From the NCBI GenBank assembly GCA_046350855.1, contig JAXLZM010000002.1:78103-142102 (forward strand): a stretch of 64,000 nt of DNA. The letters are read 5' to 3'. Below, one piece after another: positions 60,566 to 64,000 of the stretch; the first letter of the stretch is position 1, and every line of letters begins with the position of its first letter. The notes under the pieces were generated by a model. That model searched no databases. It was not told the origin of the DNA and saw only the letters and a list, made by a program, of their open reading frames with translations. The translations under genes and the position numbers were made by a program. This DNA is from Candidatus Anderseniibacteriota bacterium (GTDB taxonomy: Bacteria > Patescibacteriota > JAUYIX01).

Positions 60566-62104
60566 ATGGCTCTACTATACGCTATACTGTGCAAAACGAC
60601 GATGTCACTTCCCGCAAAAACGGTGGTCTATAGTTCGCTGGCTTTTTCGACCTTGGCCATCGTTATTCTTGTGGTTGCCGCCGTCTCTGGCAGAACCCCG
60701 AGCGGCCAGGCCGCAACCTATGGCGGCGCCCAAATTTTGATTCCACCGGGCTCGAGTCAACAACCGCCCATCTCGGCCGGCCCGCCGCGTAACCAGCTGC
60801 CAATCCAAAGTCAGCCGCCCACGACGCAAACCCCCTCGTCGATCAATACACCACTACCGGTTAACGTGCCAATCTCAGCGGCGCCACCCCCGACGCTGCC
60901 TAACAACACGGTCAACACTCCAGCACCCGCTAACAACACACCCCCTCCGGCCAATCTCCCGGTGACACCACCCCCGACGCCTACGCCCGTCCCTCCCACG
61001 GTTCCGCTCAGCTCCCCGAGCTCGCCCTTGGCCAAAGTACTGGCCTCTCGTCCAGCCCGCACGTTGCAGCAAGTAACCAACCAAGTGATCGCCCCAGCCC
61101 TCGCCTTTTTGAGTGCCCTCAACCTGCTCCTCGCTACGACCATCACCCAGTGGTACCCCTTTTTGCTGCGAATTTTTTTGGAACCTGCACAAATTTTGTT
61201 CCGCAAACGACGTCGAGCCTGGGGCGTGGTGTACAACGCCCTCTCCAAACGTCCCCTCGATCTCGCCATCGTTCGTCTGCTCCAAGAGGACGGACTACGG
61301 GGACAGACCCAACATGTTTTTGCGACCCGGGTAACCGATCGCTTGGGCCGCTACCAATTTTTGGTGCCACCTGGGCGCTATCGTCTGGCGGTGGCTAAAC
61401 CGGGCTTTACTTTTCCGTCGCGCTTACTCGGTGGAACCCGTCGGGACGATGTTTTTACCGCTCTCAACTATGGGGAGCCACTCTCGCTTGCCACGCGGGG
61501 CCTGATTCAATCCAACCTGCCGCTTGATCCGCCCCAAACCGTGCCAAGTCCAGCGCTCATTTTACGTCGGGCCAGTAAACACACTGCGCACGCCGTGATT
61601 GCGTATCTTGGATTGATTCTCGGGATTATTGCCGTCGTCGTGGCGCACACCTGGTTAGCTTACTCGCTGATGCTCTTGCACATTCTCGTCTTTGCGCTCT
61701 TTTGGCGCCTGGCCCGCGGACGTAAACCGGAGCCGTGGGGAACCGTCTTTGATCGTGCTACCCAGGCACCCTTGCCCCGCGCGGTCGTGCGCATCCACGA
61801 TGCACACTACAACCGGATTTTGGAACAGCAGGTTAGTGACGGAGCTGGTCGTTTTGGGTTTTTAGTGGGTCGCTCCACCTACTATCTCGACGCAATCAAG
61901 CCGGGCTATCAATTTCCGGCCACGACTAAGACCAAATCACGCGATTACCTGGGCGGTATGCTACAAGTTCGGGATGAGGAGTCGTCTGTAGCGGTAGATG
62001 TCCCAATGGAACAGCTCGCCCCAGGTCAACAGCCGGCCCCACGCCCCGCCCTCAACCCCGCCGCCCCGACCGGTCCCATCGCACCCGCGAGCTCCGGCAT
62101 CTAA
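60566..62104 (+). CDS. Pro/Thr-rich membrane protein with carboxypeptidase-regulatory-like beta-sandwich segments
   Basis: N-terminal TM, long P/T/N low-complexity region, 'GRYQFLVPPGRYRLAVAKPGFTFPS' CarbopepD_reg-like, further TM helices. Confidence 0.4.
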   Translation: MALLYAILCKTTMSLPAKTVVYSSLAFSTLAIVILVVAAVSGRTPSGQAATYGGAQILIPPGSSQQPPISAGPPRNQLPIQSQPPTTQTPSSINTPLPVNVPISAAPPPTLPNNTVNTPAPANNTPPPANLPVTPPPTPTPVPPTVPLSSPSSPLAKVLASRPARTLQQVTNQVIAPALAFLSALNLLLATTITQWYPFLLRIFLEPAQILFRKRRRAWGVVYNALSKRPLDLAIVRLLQEDGLRGQTQHVFATRVTDRLGRYQFLVPPGRYRLAVAKPGFTFPSRLLGGTRRDDVFTALNYGEPLSLATRGLIQSNLPLDPPQTVPSPALILRRASKHTAHAVIAYLGLILGIIAVVVAHTWLAYSLMLLHILVFALFWRLARGRKPEPWGTVFDRATQAPLPRAVVRIHDAHYNRILEQQVSDGAGRFGFLVGRSTYYLDAIKPGYQFPATTKTKSRDYLGGMLQVRDEESSVAVDVPMEQLAPGQQPAPRPALNPAAPTGPIAPASSGI

Positions 62105-62241
62105 GTCACGCCCGGCCGCCAACAATTAGTCACAGCACCGCCCAAATCTTTCACGAGCGGTGGAGTGTGCTCGTTGACGTTCTGCCAAAAAAATCGTAGA
62201 ATAACGAGGCTTAAATTCCCAGGGAACCACGTTGTTTATGC

Positions 62242-63345
62242 GTGACGCCGCTCATGGTTAGCGGATTTTTTACGAGAAGAATACTGCAAGTCCAAAGCGT
62301 TGGGGATATCCTCAACGGTCGTCGTTTGGCTCTTGGGATTGCCCTAGAACGGGTGGCCCGTGAGACGCAGGTTCAGGCCAAGTATTTGGATGCGATCGAG
62401 CGCGGCGATCGTAACCGTTTGCCGGCCGAGATTTATGTGCGTGGTTTTGTGCGGACCTATGCCCGCTACTTGCGCCTGGACGAGGCCGTGATTTTAGAAC
62501 AGTGGGAGCGGGAGCGTGGGATCGCACGGCACTTGGCTAATAAAGAGCAAGCGGCCCAGCAGGCCGTGCGTAACGGCAACACCCGAATCGACCCGCGTAA
62601 AGCTTTTCCCGAGCGTAAGCGCCTCTTACCGCGCCTCAAAATTACGCCCCTCGTTTTTAGATCGGGGTTGGTGGGGCTAGCCCTCCTTGCGGGCTTACTC
62701 TATCTCACGATCGCGGTCTCGAGCCTTGGTCGCCGTCCTGCCCTGGAGCTCTCGGAGCCGACCCACGACATCACGGTCAAGGACAGCGCGCTTGTCCTGG
62801 TGGGCGAGACCGAGCCAACCGCCCGTTTGTCGATCAATGGTCAACCCGTTCAGGTCACCTCAGATGGACACTTTAGAGAGACGGTCACTCTGCAAGGCGG
62901 GATGAACCAAATCAAATTGGTTGCGCGCAGCAAACTTGGGCGCGAGACCGAAATCGTACGCAACGTGCAGGCTAACTTGGACCCGGTGGCGGTGCGTAAC
63001 GATACCCACGCCACGCAGACGGGTGGGACGAGTAGTTCAACCAGCCAAAGTGACGCTGTCGACAAAAAAGGACCGGTGGAACTGACGGTTGAGATTTTGG
63101 ATGAGGCTACCTGGATCTCGGTGGATGTGGATGGCGAGTCGTCCTTTGAGGGCACACTCTTGCCCAGTTCAACCAAACACTTTGTGGGTCAGGACAGCGT
63201 AGTCTTGACCAGTGGCAAGGCTGAACACACCGCCGTCGAATTTAAAGGTAAAAAGCTAACCAACCTGGGCGAGGGTTTTTTGCGCGGTATAACCTTTACG
63301 CAAGACTTAGATCTTAACGACTTGTCCACAGCGGCGGCGCTGTGA
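62242..63345 (+). CDS. RodZ-like cytoskeleton protein (HTH-XRE + TM + DUF4115)
   Basis: HTH 'LGIALERVARETQVQAKYLDAIERGD', 'EIYVRGFVRTYARYL', single TM, C-terminal 'TWISVDVDGESSFEGTLLPSSTKHF…VEFKG' DUF4115. Confidence 0.7.
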   Translation: MTPLMVSGFFTRRILQVQSVGDILNGRRLALGIALERVARETQVQAKYLDAIERGDRNRLPAEIYVRGFVRTYARYLRLDEAVILEQWERERGIARHLANKEQAAQQAVRNGNTRIDPRKAFPERKRLLPRLKITPLVFRSGLVGLALLAGLLYLTIAVSSLGRRPALELSEPTHDITVKDSALVLVGETEPTARLSINGQPVQVTSDGHFRETVTLQGGMNQIKLVARSKLGRETEIVRNVQANLDPVAVRNDTHATQTGGTSSSTSQSDAVDKKGPVELTVEILDEATWISVDVDGESSFEGTLLPSSTKHFVGQDSVVLTSGKAEHTAVEFKGKKLTNLGEGFLRGITFTQDLDLNDLSTAAAL

Positions 63346-63436
63346 GGCTCGTTTTTTTAAGTATTTCTTTATGCACATGTCATACACTCGACGGTACTGG
63401 CGTTGATCGCTAGCATAATTCATTCACTTCACACCT

Positions 63437-64000
63437 ATGGCAAAAAAAGCTTCTACTAAAAATACCGTAACGATCGACCCCGCCGCCCGTGTACCGGCTC
63501 CGACCGGGTTTAAACGTGGCAAAGGCACTAAGACTGGGGCAAAAGGCTCGACCAAAGGCGCAGGTGTTAGGATCGCTAAAAAAGCGCTCGATCCCCAAAT
63601 TGCGCGGGTTCAGGCGGCGCGTCTGGCGGTTGACCAAATCAAAACACGCTTTGGCGAAGGCTCCATTATGAAGTTAGGCGAGGCTAAGCGAGTGGATGTG
63701 GACGTGGTCTCAACGGGCTCGATTTCACTCGATATCGCCCTGGGTGTAGGAGGTGTACCCAAAGGCCGCGTTATAGAAATTTACGGACCGGAGAGCTCAG
63801 GCAAAACGACCCTGGCGCAGCATGTCGTTGCCAACGTGCAAAAGCGCGGCGGGATTGCAGCCTACGTCGATGCCGAGCACGCTCTGGATCCGGAGTACGC
63901 CAAACGCATCGGTGTCAAAATCGACGATTTACTGATTAGCCAACCCGACACTGGAGAACAAGCGCTGGAAATCGTGGAGACCTTGGTACGCTCCAATGCG
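63437..64000 (+). CDS. recA: Recombinase RecA (5' partial, continues beyond the window) with a ~45-aa Lys/Gly/Thr-rich N-terminal extension
   Basis: '[10 protein letters not shown]…[38 protein letters not shown]…[10 protein letters not shown]' is canonical RecA. It is preceded by '[11 protein letters not shown]…[26 protein letters not shown]'. Confidence 0.9.
   Translation, partial: MAKKASTKNTVTIDPAARVPAPTGFKRGKGTKTGAKGSTKGAGVRIAKKALDPQIARVQAARLAVDQIKTRFGEGSIMKLGEAKRVDVDVVSTGSISLDIALGVGGVPKGRVIEIYGPESSGKTTLAQHVVANVQKRGGIAAYVDAEHALDPEYAKRIGVKIDDLLISQPDTGEQALEIVETLVRSNA

Overview
This ~64 kb window is a chromosomal segment from a high-GC bacterium. It is densely packed with housekeeping genes and carries one hypervariation cassette. 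The standout feature, at 1.5–5.0 kb, is a complete diversity-generating retroelement (DGR). Its parts are a 630-aa target protein (+ strand) ending in a C-type-lectin-fold variable repeat (VR, 3304–3429), a convergent DGR-type reverse transcriptase (− strand, 3443–4282, conserved N-terminus running in frame up to ~4480), an Avd-like four-helix-bundle gene (+ strand, 4528–4875) and a 126-nt template repeat (TR, 4894–5019, sense on the − strand). TR and VR differ at about 18 positions, every one at a TR adenine. The VR as assembled also has a 1-nt insertion that frameshifts the last ~25 codons. A perfect (CT)17 tract (4479–4512) lies in the divergent Avd/RT junction, inside the RT 5' coding region, and RT has no canonical in-frame start codon. 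This is a plausible dinucleotide-repeat phase-variation switch for the mutagenic RT. Other content: an Rrf2-regulated suf operon (sufB-C-D-S-U plus DUF59), with sufB split by a 357-aa intein carrying a LAGLIDADG homing endonuclease; a second NifS-like desulfurase; a Rieske protein; tRNA-Glu(TTC); the t6A genes tsaD, tsaE, tsaC and a short tsaB-like ORF; valS; an OmpR/histidine-kinase pair; a PilB/GspE ATPase; uppP; polA; mutM; holA-like; rpsT; truB; uvrB; ruvA; a FemAB-family gene; an atypical protein kinase; a Mur ligase; rpoB-rpoC; ftsK; iPGM; a RodZ-like gene; and the 5' part of recA with an unusual Lys/Gly-rich N-terminal extension. Unexplained regions are a ~790-bp ORF-free gap (12810–13596) upstream of a 5x zinc-ribbon repeat protein, a ~440-bp ORF-free stretch upstream of tRNA-Glu, a tandem pair of paralogous small ORFs plus a coupled membrane peptide (37.3–38.0 kb), and a start-less ORF6C-like gene fragment next to uvrB. 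No CRISPR array and no rRNA were seen.
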